This document shows, piece after piece, positions 28,607 through 41,396 of a DNA stretch of 64,000 nucleotides. The notes below the pieces were generated by a model that saw only the letters and a list, made by a program, of their open reading frames with translations, searched no databases and was not told where the DNA came from. The DNA is from an uncultured Chloroflexia bacterium (GTDB lineage Bacteria > Chloroflexota > Limnocylindria > Limnocylindrales > CSP1-4). How positions within the stretch are numbered: the stretch's first letter is position 1; each line of letters opens with the position of its first letter. The stretch spans positions 12,146-76,145 of the forward strand of contig CAWHGL010000004.1 in the NCBI GenBank assembly GCA_963828965.1. The letters run 5' to 3'. The translations under genes and the position numbers were made by a program.

Positions 28607-29410
28607 ATGACGATCGATGCCGTTCGTCGCAAGTCGACCCGGACGAGCCGGCGGGAGCGCGAGCAGCGTGACGAGCTCCCCATCGGCGAGAGCGACGCGA
28701 ACATCTTCAATTGCCCGGTGTGCGCCCGGCCGCTCGCGGTCGGCACGCGCCGCTGCGCGGGCTGCTCGACGCGGCTGCTCGCGGGCGTGCGCACGACGCG
28801 CGCGGTCGGCTTCATGGCCATCGGCGTGCTCGTCGGCGGGCTCGTGACCGGGACGATCGTGGGCGGCATCGCCCTGCTCTCCATCCCGTCGACCGCCGTC
28901 GCGGTCCAGCCCGATCCGATCGTCGCGGCGTCCGCGGCTCCCGTCCCGACCGCCGCCCCGCCGGCCCAGGTGGTGGACCCGGCCGTGCCGGCCGCCGCGC
29001 TGTCCGCGCTGAGCCAGTCCAATCTCCTGAACCAGCGACTCGTCGCCGATGAGGCGCGCCTCGAGGCGGCCCTGAGCGCCGAGCCGGCCAGCTCGGTCGA
29101 GATCGCCCGGGCGCTTCGCGCACTGTCGGCCACCGCCGCGTTCGGCGATCGGATCGCCCCCGATGTCGCGACCTGGTCCGATGGCTTCGAGGTGGGCGCC
29201 GGCCTGGAGGCCTTCTACGACGCCGTCGGGTCGACCGCGCGCGATGGCCTGGCGTTCTCGCTCCAGAACCGCGCCGCGTACCTCGACGCTGGTCGGGCGA
29301 TGGTCAAGGTCATGGCCGGGCTACCCGCCCTGGACGCCGCGGCACGCGACCTGGCGAAGACCGCCGACCTCGACCTGCCCGCCCTCACCGGGACCACGCC
29401 GGCTCCCTGA
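28607..29410 (+). CDS. Zinc-ribbon (CPVC...CAGC) single-pass membrane protein with a Pro/Ala-rich exo-domain, anti-sigma-factor-like.
   Basis: N-terminal CxxC-x11-CxxC, a TM helix, then an extracytoplasmic alpha-helical region. Confidence 0.5.
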   Translation: MTIDAVRRKSTRTSRREREQRDELPIGESDANIFNCPVCARPLAVGTRRCAGCSTRLLAGVRTTRAVGFMAIGVLVGGLVTGTIVGGIALLSIPSTAVAVQPDPIVAASAAPVPTAAPPAQVVDPAVPAAALSALSQSNLLNQRLVADEARLEAALSAEPASSVEIARALRALSATAAFGDRIAPDVATWSDGFEVGAGLEAFYDAVGSTARDGLAFSLQNRAAYLDAGRAMVKVMAGLPALDAAARDLAKTADLDLPALTGTTPAP

Positions 29411-29414
29411 CCCG

Positions 29415-30677
29415 TCAGGGACCGACGATCGCGCTCGTCGAGGCGTACCCCGTCAGCTCCACGTAGGCCTCGCCACCTAGGGCTACCCCGGCCCGCGTCG
29501 CGTCCACGACCTGCGAGCCCTCCCAGTACACGACGCCCGTCGTCGCGCGCGTATCGAGCTCCTGGTCGGCCACCGTCGGGTGGAGCCGGATCGACAGGTC
29601 CTCGGCGGGGAGGTCGATCGTCCAGGCCGCCGGATAGGTGGCGCCCGTCGACGGGCTCGTCCACTGGTCGGTCGCGGTGACGGTGAAGGCATCCTGGCCG
29701 AGGTGGCGGGTGGTGCCGTCGGGTGCCACGAGGGTCCCGTACACCAGCGGGTACGTGCCGTCGGTGTCGCGCACGAGCGACAGGGTCAGATCCGTCCCGT
29801 CCTCGAGGTTGACCGCGAACCAGTCCCAGCCGCCACCACCGATGCTGATGAAGTCCCCCCACTGGTGGTCGAACCAGGCGTCGCCCTCGACGGCGAGCGT
29901 GCGCTCGCCGAGCTGGAGGACGCCGTCGGCATCCATGGCCGTTCGCGAGTAGTAGTACGAGCCACCGGCCGACCCGAAATCGATCCAACCGTCCTCGTCG
30001 TGCAAGGCGGGCGGCTTGCGGCTGGTGAGCGACAGGCCGAGGACTAGCCCACTCGGGACGCCCGCCGCCGACGCCTCAGGTTCCGAGAGCGCCGCGGCCA
30101 GGTGGTCGGAACCGTCGGCGCCGGTCATGCGCCAGACGGGTCGTTTCGTGCCCGGTGGATCCGCCGGATCGGCGCCGGTGAGTCGAAGGTCGAAACCGGT
30201 CGGCGTGCCGTTTGCCGAGCGCGGCGACTGGTCGACCCCATCGCCGACCTGGAGGCGCTGGGCGTAGGTGAAGCGCTGGCCGGTCTCGTCGGTGATGGCC
30301 AGGTGCGACGCCCAGGTCGTCGGGAACGAGCCGCGCTCGGCGCGGAAGATGACGTACTCGAACCCGTAGCGATGTTCGCCATCGGCGTCGTCGCCATGGA
30401 GGTGCCCCGTGTAGTACCACCACTCCGTGAGCCGGTCGTGCGGGCCGTCGTCGCGCGGCAGGACGATGGGCTGCGGATCGGCGATCGCGGCGGGGGCTGC
30501 GGACGGCGGCGCGAGCGATGGCCGGATCGGGGTCGGGGCCGCGAGGATCGGCCCACCACCACCGGTGCAGGCCGCGACCGTGAACGCGACGAGCGCGAAG
30601 GCGGCGAGGCGGCGGGGGACGAAGCGGCCCGGGACGCGAAGGTCGGCCAAGGATCGATGACGGACCGGGCGGCTCAT
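29415..30677 (-). CDS. CrtC/AttH-like lipocalin-fold hydratase family protein, secreted lipoprotein.
   Basis: Lipobox VAACTGG, then the DDGPH...EWWYYTGHL motif of the hydroxyneurosporene synthase/AttH family. The start overlaps the MMPL stop (ATGA). Confidence 0.6.
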   Translation of the reverse strand: MSRPVRHRSLADLRVPGRFVPRRLAAFALVAFTVAACTGGGGPILAAPTPIRPSLAPPSAAPAAIADPQPIVLPRDDGPHDRLTEWWYYTGHLHGDDADGEHRYGFEYVIFRAERGSFPTTWASHLAITDETGQRFTYAQRLQVGDGVDQSPRSANGTPTGFDLRLTGADPADPPGTKRPVWRMTGADGSDHLAAALSEPEASAAGVPSGLVLGLSLTSRKPPALHDEDGWIDFGSAGGSYYYSRTAMDADGVLQLGERTLAVEGDAWFDHQWGDFISIGGGGWDWFAVNLEDGTDLTLSLVRDTDGTYPLVYGTLVAPDGTTRHLGQDAFTVTATDQWTSPSTGATYPAAWTIDLPAEDLSIRLHPTVADQELDTRATTGVVYWEGSQVVDATRAGVALGGEAYVELTGYASTSAIVGP

Positions 30678-32951
30678 CGCAGCGCGGCCTCCACGTCGGC
30701 CTCCGAGGCCGGCAGGCGATTCGCGATGCGACGCTCGAGCGTCGCCGGCATCCACCAGTTCCAGCGGCCCAGGAGGCGCATCGTGGCGGGCACGAGCAGG
30801 GCCCGGACGATGGTCGCGTCGAGGGCCACGGCGATGGCCACACCCAGTCCAAGCGCCTTGATGAGCACGATGTCGGCGAAGGCGAAGGACCCAGCGACCA
30901 CCACCACGATCAGCGCCGCGCTGGTGACGATCCGGCCGCTCCGCTCCAGGCCGCGGGCCACCGCCTCCGTGTTGTCGCCGGTCCGGTCCCACGCCTCCTT
31001 CATCCGCGAGAGCAGGAAGACTTCGTAGTCCATCGAGAGGCCGAAGAGGACGCAGAACAGGATCACCGGCAGCGTCGTCTCGACGAACCCGAGCGGGGCG
31101 AACCCGAGCGGGCCAGACAGGTTGCCGTCCTGGAAGATCCAGACCAGGGCCCCGAAGCTGGCGGTCAGCGACAGCGTGTTCATGACGAGGGCCTTGGCCG
31201 GGAGGATGACCGAGCGAAGGAGCACGAACAGCACGAGGTAGGTCGTGACGATGATGAACAGCGCCGTGCGCGGGAAGTCCGCGGCGACCCGGTCGACGAC
31301 GTCGGTCACGTCCGCCGCGCCACCGCCGACAAGGACGGTCGTCCCGGGCGGTGGTGCGAGTGGACCGTTCGGATCGCGCAGGTCGCGAACGAGCGAGCGG
31401 CCTTCGTCGCGGTTGGGCCCGTACGGCGTCGTGAGCGTGAACGCCGTCAGGTCACCCCGGGTGGTGGCGGCCAGCCCGGTCGCCACGAAGCGGTCGCGCG
31501 GTCCGTTCGGATCGCCGTACATGAGCTGGTACTGGGCCAGCGTGAGCCGTGGGTCGATGTCCACGAGACTGTCGACACGGCGGATGCGCGGGTCGGCCGC
31601 GAGCCTTCGCGAGTAGTCGAACAGTCCGGCCAGGGTGGCGGGTGTCGTCGCCGGACCGTCGGTCCGGACGGCGATGGTGATGGGCGCGAACTCGCCCTCC
31701 CCGAACTCGCGTTGCAGCCGGTCGAAGGCGAGACGCGACGGGACGTCGTCGGGCAGGACGCTCGAGTCCGGGGCGTTGAACCGGACGTGCAGGAACGGCG
31801 AGCCGAGGACGAGCAGGATGCCGAGCGTGGGGATGAGGACGGCGACCGGATGGCGCATGACCCGCCGGGCCAGGCGGGCCCACGGACCATCGGTCTCGGA
31901 TGGGACCCCGACCTTGCGGACGGCCAGCCGGTCCAGGCGTGAGCCGAGGACGGTGAGAAGCGCCGGGAGGAGGGTCAGGGCGGCGGTCACCGCGAGCGCC
32001 ACGACGATCGCGCCGGCGATCCCGACCGAGCGCAGGATCATGAACTCGAAGAGGACCAGTCCGAGCAGCCCGAGCAGCACGGTCAAACCGCTGAAGAAGA
32101 CCGCCCGTCCGGCCGTCGCGACGGTGCGCCGCACGGCTTCGCCGACCGGATCGGGATCGTCGGCCGGCCGGCGCGCCAGCTCCTCGCGGAAGCGGCTCGT
32201 CATGAGCAGCGAGTAGTCGACGCCGAGGCCCAGCCCCAGGAGGGTCGCGAGGTTGAGCACGAAGATGCTCATCGGCATCACCGATGCGACGAGGAAGATG
32301 CCGGCCAGCGCGACGAGCACCGACGCGCCACCGACGACCAGCGGGACGCCGGCCGCCACGAGCGAGCCGAAGACGATCACCAGGGCCAGCGCGGCGAGCG
32401 GCAGGGAGATGAGCTCGCTCCGGCGCAGGTCCTCTTCGCTGACCTTCTGGACGTCACCGTAGAAGGCCGGGACCGCCCGCGAGCTCGACCGTCAAGCCGG
32501 GTGCCGGGTGGAGGTGCTCCTCGAGCACCGGCACGGCGGCGGGCGAATCGTCGGGCGGCAGGTCAAGGAAGACGATGTCGTAGGCGGTGTGGCCGTCGGC
32601 CGCGACCTGGCGCGGCTGGAGGGCGTGCGAGATGACCCGGGCGACGTGCGGCGCTGTCGGGATGTCGCGCATCGCTTCGGCCGCCGCGCGCTCGAAGGCC
32701 GGCGTCCCGGCCGTCAGCGTCGGACTCGACAACACGACCACCAGCGCCGATGGCGGGGCGTCGAGCTCGGCTTCGAGGAGCGTCTTGGCCCGTGCCGATT
32801 CGAGGTCGTCGAGGATGAACCCGCCGGGCGCCAGGACGCCCGGGACGCGGGGCGCCAGCGGCAGGGCGAGCAACAGGACGAGGCCCCACGCAGCCAGGAC
32901 GAGCCGGGCGTGACGCACGACGAAACGGCCGAGGCGATCGAAGGGGGTCAC
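30674..32951 (-). CDS. MMPL family RND-type transporter, interrupted by a 1 nt frameshift near 32470-32480.
   Basis: The N-terminal fragment (track 32454..33134, probable GTG start at 32951) and the C-terminal fragment (30674..32380) are both MMPL-like. Deleting one G in GCGGGCGG restores ...VELAAVPAFYGDVQKVSEEDLRR... Confidence 0.7.
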
Positions 32952-33115
32952 AGAGGTGGTTCGCGTCCCGGGGCGGATCGGATGGGTGGCCGGATGGCCG
33001 CCACCGCATCGTAGCGGCGATGGCCCGGATCGGCCCGCGAGGGGTCCTCGCGCATGGTCCTGCGTGCTAGCATCACGGCGTCCCGCCCGTGGCGCACGAG
33101 GAGACTCGCTGACCC

Positions 33116-33448
33116 GTGAACCTGCTGCTCGCACCGTTCAGCCACATGCCCGAGTCGCTGGTCGCGTTCGCGATCTCGGGCGCGGTGGTCACCCTGATGA
33201 TCTTCATCATCGTCAAGGCCGTGCTCTCGACCGAGGGCGGGCGGCGCTGGGTCAAGGCCGTCACGAACGTGAACGCCAAGTTCCTGTTCACGTTCCTGTT
33301 CATCGGCTGGTCGCTCTTCTTCGGGATCATCCTCCAGATCGTGCCCCACGTCGGCGCGAGCTCGCCGTATGGGGCGCTCGGCCTGATCGCCCTGTTCAGC
33401 GGCTTCTTCATCATCATGGGTCTGCTCTGGTCGGTCATCGGCGAGTGA
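33116..33448 (+). CDS. Small integral membrane protein (110 aa, three TM helices).
   Basis: GTG start with GAGGAG upstream. A 9 bp-stem hairpin follows at 33451-33471. Confidence 0.5.
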   Translation: MNLLLAPFSHMPESLVAFAISGAVVTLMIFIIVKAVLSTEGGRRWVKAVTNVNAKFLFTFLFIGWSLFFGIILQIVPHVGASSPYGALGLIALFSGFFIIMGLLWSVIGE

Positions 33449-33623
33449 CCCGCGGCCCGCGTCGCGGGCCGCCCCCGCTGGTGCGCCGGAGCACCGCGAG
33501 CACGTTCCCCTTGCATTGACACGGCCCGCGGCCGCCGACCAGACTCGACCGACCTCGCGACCCCCGACCTGCCACGCCCCCAGGCATGGTCCGCGCCCGC
33601 CCCAGCGCCCGAAGGAGGAGTCC

Positions 33624-36164
33624 GTGACCCGCCATTCCCTGACCCGTCGTCTGGCCGCCGGCCTGCTGGCCGCCGCCCTCCTGCCCCTCGGCGCCCCGAT
33701 CGGTGGTGCGGTCGTGTCGGCCGCCCCGTGCGACCCGTTCACGACCCCGCCGGTCTACGACTCGACGACCCCGACGGCCACGTCCGTCCTGGGCTTCGCG
33801 CTCGGGACCCAGGAGGTGACACCAGAGCAGTCGAACCAGTACCTCGACGCGGTCGCGACCGCCAGTGACCGGGTCGTCGCCGCGACGGCGGCCGTGTCGG
33901 TCGCTGGCCGGGACCTGCGCTACGCGATCGTCGGGACGGCGGCGCGGGTGACGCCCAGCGCCCTGACGACCATCCGCGCCAGCCTCGCCACGCTGCGCGA
34001 TCCGGCGGCGAGCGCCGGTGCCGTCACGCAAGCCCTCGCGACTGCCCCGGCCGTGCTGTGGGTCTCGGCCAACGTCCACGGCAACGAGGAGAGCGGCGCC
34101 GATGCGGCCCTCCATGCGCTGTACGAGCTTGCGTCCCGCTCCGACTGCGTCGTCAGCGGCATCCTCGCCAACGCCATCGTCGTCATCCTGCCGATCCAGA
34201 ACCCGGACGGCCGCGCCGAGGCGACCCGCCGCAACCTCAACGGCTTCGACATGAACCGTGACTGGTTCGCCCGGACCCAGCCCGAGACCGACGGCAAGCT
34301 CGAGGTCCTGCGCCAGTACCCGCCGATGCTGTACATCGACGCCCACGAGTTCGGGCTGTCGAACTACTTCTTCCCGCCCAACGCCGATCCCGAGTACCAC
34401 GAGACGCCGGACACCGCCCACGACTGGATCAACGGGCTGTACAGCCCGGCCATCGCCGGCGAGTTCGACACGGAAAAGATCAAGTACTTCCACGGCGCGC
34501 CGTACGACTTCTTCGCGACGATCTTCGGAGACACGGTCCCGGCCGTCGGCTTCCACGCCGCGGGCATGACCTTCGAGAAGGAGAGCGACGACCCGATCGT
34601 CGATCGCGAGCACGAGCACTTCACGTCGATGTGGGCGTCGCTCGCGGCCGGCGCCGCCGCCCGCACCGAGGTCCTGGCCGGCTGGCGCGCATCGTGGGTC
34701 GAGGCCAGCCAGGAGGGCGTTGCCGGGACCCTCGAGCCCAACGCGGTGTTCGAGAAGGGCCACAGCCTCTACCAGCCGGTCCCGGCGCGATCCGTCCGCG
34801 GGTACCTGCTGCGCAACGACGCAGACCGGGCCGCTGAGCTGCAGCTGCTCGTCCGTCGGCTCCAGCGCATGGACGTCAAGGTCTACCGGCTCAACGGATC
34901 CACGGCGCTGAGCGACTTCCATCCCTACGGCGACCCGGCGGGAGCGACCACGCTCCCGGCGAACACCTACTGGATCCCGATGGCGCAGGCCCAGAAGCAC
35001 TGGATCCAGGCCCTCCTGCACGAGGATCCATGGATCCCGTTCGAGGTCACCTACGACGTGACCGCCTGGAGCAATCCGTTGCTCATGAACTTGCGCGGCG
35101 GCTGGACGAGCCAGGCCATCAGCGCCGGGTCCGTGACCCTCGTGCCGCCGGTCGCGGCCCCGGCCGCGCCGACCCTGCCGGCCACCGCCCCGAACGTCGG
35201 GCTGTTCGAGATCCCCAACAGCACGCGCGGGTTCGAGGCGGCGGGGCAGACCCGCTATCTCTTCCGCGACGTGTGGCACCTGCCGTTCACCGACGTGACG
35301 GCCGCCGACATCACGGCGGGCCTCGCCGGGATCGACGTCCTGGTCATGCCCGACGGCTACGCGAATTACGGCGTCCAGGCGCTTGGTGCGAAGGGCAAGA
35401 AAGCGCTCACGAGCTGGGTCAACGCCGGAGGCCGGATCGTCGCCTGGCAGGGCGGCGTCGAAGTCGCCGTCAAGGCCGGCGTGTCGACGGTCAAGCTCGG
35501 CTCGTCGCGGACCGACGCCCCGGGCACGCTCATCCGCGTGTCCGTCGCGGGCGGCAGCCCGCTGGCGAACGGCATCGGATCACGGGACTGGGTCCTGTAC
35601 CAGGACGACCGGACGATGCAGCCGGGGCTCGGCACGGCCGTCGCCACGTTCCCCGCACCCGGGACGACGGACTACGCGACGTCCGGCCTGGCGATCGGCG
35701 TCTCGACCCTCGCAGGATCGTCCGCGGTCGTCGACGAGGCCGTCGGCAGCGGCCGGATGGTGGCCTTCTCGGTCGACCCGAACTTCCGCGCCTGGACGCA
35801 GGGCACGCAGCGCCTGCTGTGGAACGCGATCCTGGGTCCGTGGTCGCCGCCGGCCACGCCGGCGCTCGCCGCCGGGTCGAAGGCGCGGGCCGCCGCCGAG
35901 GCCGCCGCGGCCACGGCCGCCGGCAGCCTGCCCGACGTCGGATCGGCCATCCGCATCCGGGTGGCCACCTCCGACGCGACGGCCACGGCCAAGGTGCTGG
36001 CGAAGCACGGCGCCACCGTGGTTCGGCAGGATCTCGGCTCCGAGACGCTGTTCCTCGTCGCCAACAAGAAGGACCTCTCGTACGACGAGCACCCGACGTT
36101 CGCGTTGATCGTCGCGGACCTCGAGAAGGCCGGCATCGACATCAAGGCGGCGAGCCTGCCGTAG
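33624..36164 (+). CDS. Secreted M14-family zinc carboxypeptidase with a large C-terminal extension (846 aa).
   Basis: GTG start preceded by GAAGGAGGAG. It has a signal peptide, and HGNEESG plus later catalytic motifs typical of M14. Confidence 0.75.
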   Translation: MTRHSLTRRLAAGLLAAALLPLGAPIGGAVVSAAPCDPFTTPPVYDSTTPTATSVLGFALGTQEVTPEQSNQYLDAVATASDRVVAATAAVSVAGRDLRYAIVGTAARVTPSALTTIRASLATLRDPAASAGAVTQALATAPAVLWVSANVHGNEESGADAALHALYELASRSDCVVSGILANAIVVILPIQNPDGRAEATRRNLNGFDMNRDWFARTQPETDGKLEVLRQYPPMLYIDAHEFGLSNYFFPPNADPEYHETPDTAHDWINGLYSPAIAGEFDTEKIKYFHGAPYDFFATIFGDTVPAVGFHAAGMTFEKESDDPIVDREHEHFTSMWASLAAGAAARTEVLAGWRASWVEASQEGVAGTLEPNAVFEKGHSLYQPVPARSVRGYLLRNDADRAAELQLLVRRLQRMDVKVYRLNGSTALSDFHPYGDPAGATTLPANTYWIPMAQAQKHWIQALLHEDPWIPFEVTYDVTAWSNPLLMNLRGGWTSQAISAGSVTLVPPVAAPAAPTLPATAPNVGLFEIPNSTRGFEAAGQTRYLFRDVWHLPFTDVTAADITAGLAGIDVLVMPDGYANYGVQALGAKGKKALTSWVNAGGRIVAWQGGVEVAVKAGVSTVKLGSSRTDAPGTLIRVSVAGGSPLANGIGSRDWVLYQDDRTMQPGLGTAVATFPAPGTTDYATSGLAIGVSTLAGSSAVVDEAVGSGRMVAFSVDPNFRAWTQGTQRLLWNAILGPWSPPATPALAAGSKARAAAEAAAATAAGSLPDVGSAIRIRVATSDATATAKVLAKHGATVVRQDLGSETLFLVANKKDLSYDEHPTFALIVADLEKAGIDIKAASLP

Positions 36165-36303
36165 GGCCTGGTCTCGACCGGGCGAGCGGGCACCGCGCCC
36201 ACTCGCCCGGCGCCGGCGCCGGCGCTCACGTCGCGGGATAGCGGTACTTCCGGGTCGCTGGACCCGTTCCTCGGGCTGGCGCTATCATGCGCGGACTTGC
36301 ACG

Positions 36304-37973
<1,670 letters not shown>

Positions 37974-38017
37974 GCGCTCGCTCGTGGGCGCCGGCGGACA
38001 GCCGGTACGATGACCGG

Positions 38018-38308
38018 ATGACCCAGCCCCGCAAGAAGCGCAGCGGCCTGTCCGGCGACACGCTGGGCGGCATCCTCGCCGGCTTCGATCAGCAGATCAT
38101 GCGCACGCTGCCGCCCCCGCACGAGCTCGTCCAGAAAGGCGCTCCGGTCCGGAGCCTGACCGGCGAGGACGGCGGGACGATCACCATCGACCTGCCCGAT
38201 CACCTCAGCCCGGGCGCTGGCTCGACCGATATCACGCCGGCCGTCGCGAGCGACATCGTCGACGACGAGGACGGAGCGGGCGCGGATCGGGACGTCGTCC
38301 CGGGCTGA
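38018..38308 (+). CDS. Hypothetical small acidic protein (96 aa).
   Basis: ORF with genome-like GC3 immediately downstream of kamA. No recognisable motifs. Confidence 0.35.
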   Translation: MTQPRKKRSGLSGDTLGGILAGFDQQIMRTLPPPHELVQKGAPVRSLTGEDGGTITIDLPDHLSPGAGSTDITPAVASDIVDDEDGAGADRDVVPG

Positions 38309-38319
38309 ACGCGAGTAGT

Positions 38320-38339
38320 GGCGGCCCGTCGGGGCCGCC
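38320..38339. terminator. Bidirectional hairpin GGCGGCCC-gtcg-GGGCCGCC between convergent genes.
   Basis: Read directly in the 35 bp convergent gap. Confidence 0.45.
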
Positions 38340-38343
38340 CCGC

Positions 38344-39732
38344 TCAGTGCTCGGCGAGCGATTCCCCGGCGACCAGCTCGAGCGCCTTGGAGAGCTGCGC
38401 GTCGGTCATCTTCTTGACCTCGGCCGGGGTCATGTCCTTGACGTCGTCGGGGCTGAGCCCGTTGGTCCCGTCGGGCAGCGCGACCGACACGTCCGGGGCG
38501 ATGCCTTCGTGCCAGATCCGCCGGCCGTCCGGCGTCAGCCACTCGACCGTGCCGATGCGCAGCGCGGAGCCGTCCGACAGGTCGAACTCGCCCAGGACCG
38601 TCCCGGTGCCGTACGTGGTCACGCCCACGATCTTGGCCCGGCCGGCGTCCTGCAGCGCGCCCGACACGATCTCCGACGAGCTCGCGGTCGAGCCGTCGAC
38701 GAGCACGACCAGGGGCAGCTTCGTCGCGACGCCGCCCGCCGTCACCTCGTGCTTGTCCTCGTCGCCCGCGGCGTTGCGCTCGATGTAGACGACGCCGTCG
38801 GTCAGGAACTGGCTGGCCACCCCGACGGCCTCGTTGACGTACCCACCGGGGTTGCCGCGGAGGTCGAGCACGATGCGCTCGGCACCCTTCTCGATGGCGT
38901 CGTCCAGGGTCTTGACGATGTCGTCGGCGGCCCCGTTCGAGAACTGATCGAGGCGCACGAGCGCCGTGGTCGTGCCCGGGACGAGCGTCCAGGTGACCGG
39001 CTGGAGCGGCACGTCGGCGCGCACGATGTCGTACGACCGCTCGGGGCCGGTGCCGTCGGCCTTCACGGTGACCTTGACCGTCGTGCCGGCTTCGCCGCGG
39101 ACCAGCGTGGCGACTTCGTCGACGGTCGCGTCGAGGGTGGACTTGCCGTCGACAGCGACGAAGACGTCGCCTTCGAGCAGGCCGGCCTTGGCGGCCGGGC
39201 TGTCCGGGAAGACTTCGACGATGCGCGGCAGGCCGGCGTCGGTCGTGTCGATGCGGACGCCGATGCCGACGTAGCTGCCGCTCAGGGAGCTGGCCCGCTC
39301 GGCCCGCTCCTCGGGGGTCATGAAGTCGGTGTGCCCGGTATCACCGACGGCCTGGGTCAGGCCCTTGATGGCGCCGTAGATGAGCGCCTTGTCGTCGAGC
39401 GTGTCGCGCGCCACGTACTGCTTGTGGATCGTGTCCCAGGCCTCCTTGATCAGGCCGAACTGGGTCGAGCCCGGGGAGGACGCAGGGTTCGGGGTGGACG
39501 CTGAGCCGTTGCTCGTGGACGAGACGACGGCTCCGCCCACCCCGATCCCGGCGCTGAACGTCGCGACCAACGCGAGACCGACGACGACACCGGCGATCCC
39601 CGCCCGGCGTCCGCGACCGGCCGCCGGTGACGTCGAAGCCTGGGAGGGACCGGGCGTGAGGGAGGTCACGTCCGGCGGCTCGTGGTCGGTGGTCGGTTCG
39701 GTCGAGATCCGGGTAGGGTCCATCGGGGGCAT
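38344..39732 (-). CDS. S41-family C-terminal processing peptidase (CtpA-like) with a PDZ domain, membrane-anchored.
   Basis: TM anchor, PDZ region (GVRIDTTDAG...VFPDSPAAKAGL) and the S41 catalytic region (GNPGG...TASSSEIV). Confidence 0.8.
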   Translation of the reverse strand: MPPMDPTRISTEPTTDHEPPDVTSLTPGPSQASTSPAAGRGRRAGIAGVVVGLALVATFSAGIGVGGAVVSSTSNGSASTPNPASSPGSTQFGLIKEAWDTIHKQYVARDTLDDKALIYGAIKGLTQAVGDTGHTDFMTPEERAERASSLSGSYVGIGVRIDTTDAGLPRIVEVFPDSPAAKAGLLEGDVFVAVDGKSTLDATVDEVATLVRGEAGTTVKVTVKADGTGPERSYDIVRADVPLQPVTWTLVPGTTTALVRLDQFSNGAADDIVKTLDDAIEKGAERIVLDLRGNPGGYVNEAVGVASQFLTDGVVYIERNAAGDEDKHEVTAGGVATKLPLVVLVDGSTASSSEIVSGALQDAGRAKIVGVTTYGTGTVLGEFDLSDGSALRIGTVEWLTPDGRRIWHEGIAPDVSVALPDGTNGLSPDDVKDMTPAEVKKMTDAQLSKALELVAGESLAEH

Positions 39733-39923
39733 CTGACTCGTGCGGTAGCGACGGTCGAGCGTGCGGAGACCCGCACGGTCGGCGCCGGACGAGAGGTCCG
39801 GCACGTGGAAGGATGCCCCAGATGGGTTCAGGGCGGGGTGGGAGCCAGGTGAAGGTTCGTCCATCCGGTGTCCGCGCGGTGCTGGACCGGTCCCGGGCCC
39901 TGCGCTAGACTCGCTAATCCCTA

Positions 39924-40412
39924 GTGACCCACTCGGAGATCGTCCCGCCTGTGAGCGACACCAGCCTCGCGACCCCCGTCGCGATCGGACTCGGCCCCTT
40001 GCGGGAGCCGCCGGCCGGCCTGCCCGATCCCGTGGTCCAGCCGCCGACCATCGCGGAAGCGGGCGACCCGTTCACGACCCTCCGCGTGATCGACCTCATG
40101 GCCCGGCTCGAGCGCGGCCGTCCGCTCCGCCTCGCGGACATCGCCGATCGGCTCGACGCCACGTACCTCGACTGGCTGTTCCCCGCCCCGGTCGTGGCCG
40201 ACGTCGCCCTGCAGCTGCAGGCGAACTGGATGGCCGACTACCGCAACAGCTCGGGCATCGTCGTCGCCGACGGCCCGTCGGGGCCGACGCTCACCATCGA
40301 GGACTCCAGCCGGGTCGACCCCTGGATCGTCCGCCAGGCCCAGCGCGCCGCGGCCGACTGTACCGAGCGGCTCGCCGAGTTCAGCCGTCGCGACCGACCG
40401 TCCGGCGGCTGA
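39924..40412 (+). CDS. Hypothetical protein (162 aa).
   Basis: GTG-start ORF with coding-like GC3. No recognisable domain. Confidence 0.4.
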   Translation: MTHSEIVPPVSDTSLATPVAIGLGPLREPPAGLPDPVVQPPTIAEAGDPFTTLRVIDLMARLERGRPLRLADIADRLDATYLDWLFPAPVVADVALQLQANWMADYRNSSGIVVADGPSGPTLTIEDSSRVDPWIVRQAQRAAADCTERLAEFSRRDRPSGG

Positions 40413-40493
40413 CCCACTCGGAGCGACCGCCAGCCCAGCCGTCGCCTCGCGACGGCCGTCACCTCCGCCACCGCATCACGAGGACCATCTCCC

Positions 40494-41360
40494 ATGAGCC
40501 ACCACGGATATGCCACCGAGACCGCGCTCGTCGACGCCGCCTGGGCCCAGGAGCACCTGACCGACCCGAGCGTCCGCTTCGTCGAGGTCGATGTCGACAC
40601 GACCGCCTACGAGCAGAGCCACCTGCCGGGCGCCGTCGCCTGGAACTGGACGAGCCAGCTGTCGGACGGGGTCATCCGCGACATCTCGTCGCGCGAGGAC
40701 TTCAGCGCCCTGCTGTCCGCCTCCGGCATCGGGCCGGACACGACGATCGTGCTCTATGGCGACAACAACAACTGGTTTGCGGCCTGGGCGTACTGGCAGC
40801 TCAAGCTGTACGGCCACCAGGATGTCCGGATCATCGATGGCGGGCGCAAGTACTGGCTGGACGAGGGCCTGCCGCTGTCGGTCGACGTCCCGACCTATCC
40901 GGCCACCGGCTACGAGCTGCCCGAGGCCGACTTCGGCCTGCGCGCCTTCCGCGACGACATCCTGCCGCGCCTCGGCGACCCGGAGCTGGTCCTCGTCGAC
41001 GTGCGCAGCCCGGCCGAGTTCAACGGCGAGATCATCGCCCCTCCGGGGATGAGCGAGACCGCCCAGCGCGCCGGCCACATCCCGGGCGCCTCGTCGATCC
41101 CGTGGGCCCAGACGGTCCGCGAGGACGGGCGCTTCAAGCCGGTCGACGAGCTCGCGGCCCTGTACGAGGCCAAGGGCGTGACCGCCGACAAGGACGTCAT
41201 CGCCTACTGCCGGATCGGCGAGCGCTCGTCGCACTCGTGGTTCGTCCTGCACGAGCTGCTCGGCTATCGCCGGGTCCGCAACTACGACGGATCGTGGACC
41301 GAGTACGGCAGCCTGATCGGCGTGCCGATCGAGAAGCCAGTCCCGGTCGCCGCGGAATAG
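40494..41360 (+). CDS. sseA: Thiosulfate/3-mercaptopyruvate sulfurtransferase (tandem rhodanese domains).
   Basis: Active-site loop CRIGERSS in the second rhodanese domain, in a two-domain architecture. Confidence 0.85.
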   Translation: MSHHGYATETALVDAAWAQEHLTDPSVRFVEVDVDTTAYEQSHLPGAVAWNWTSQLSDGVIRDISSREDFSALLSASGIGPDTTIVLYGDNNNWFAAWAYWQLKLYGHQDVRIIDGGRKYWLDEGLPLSVDVPTYPATGYELPEADFGLRAFRDDILPRLGDPELVLVDVRSPAEFNGEIIAPPGMSETAQRAGHIPGASSIPWAQTVREDGRFKPVDELAALYEAKGVTADKDVIAYCRIGERSSHSWFVLHELLGYRRVRNYDGSWTEYGSLIGVPIEKPVPVAAE

Positions 41361-41396
41361 CCCGGGGGCTTCGCGAGTCTCGCGACGCCCATCCGT

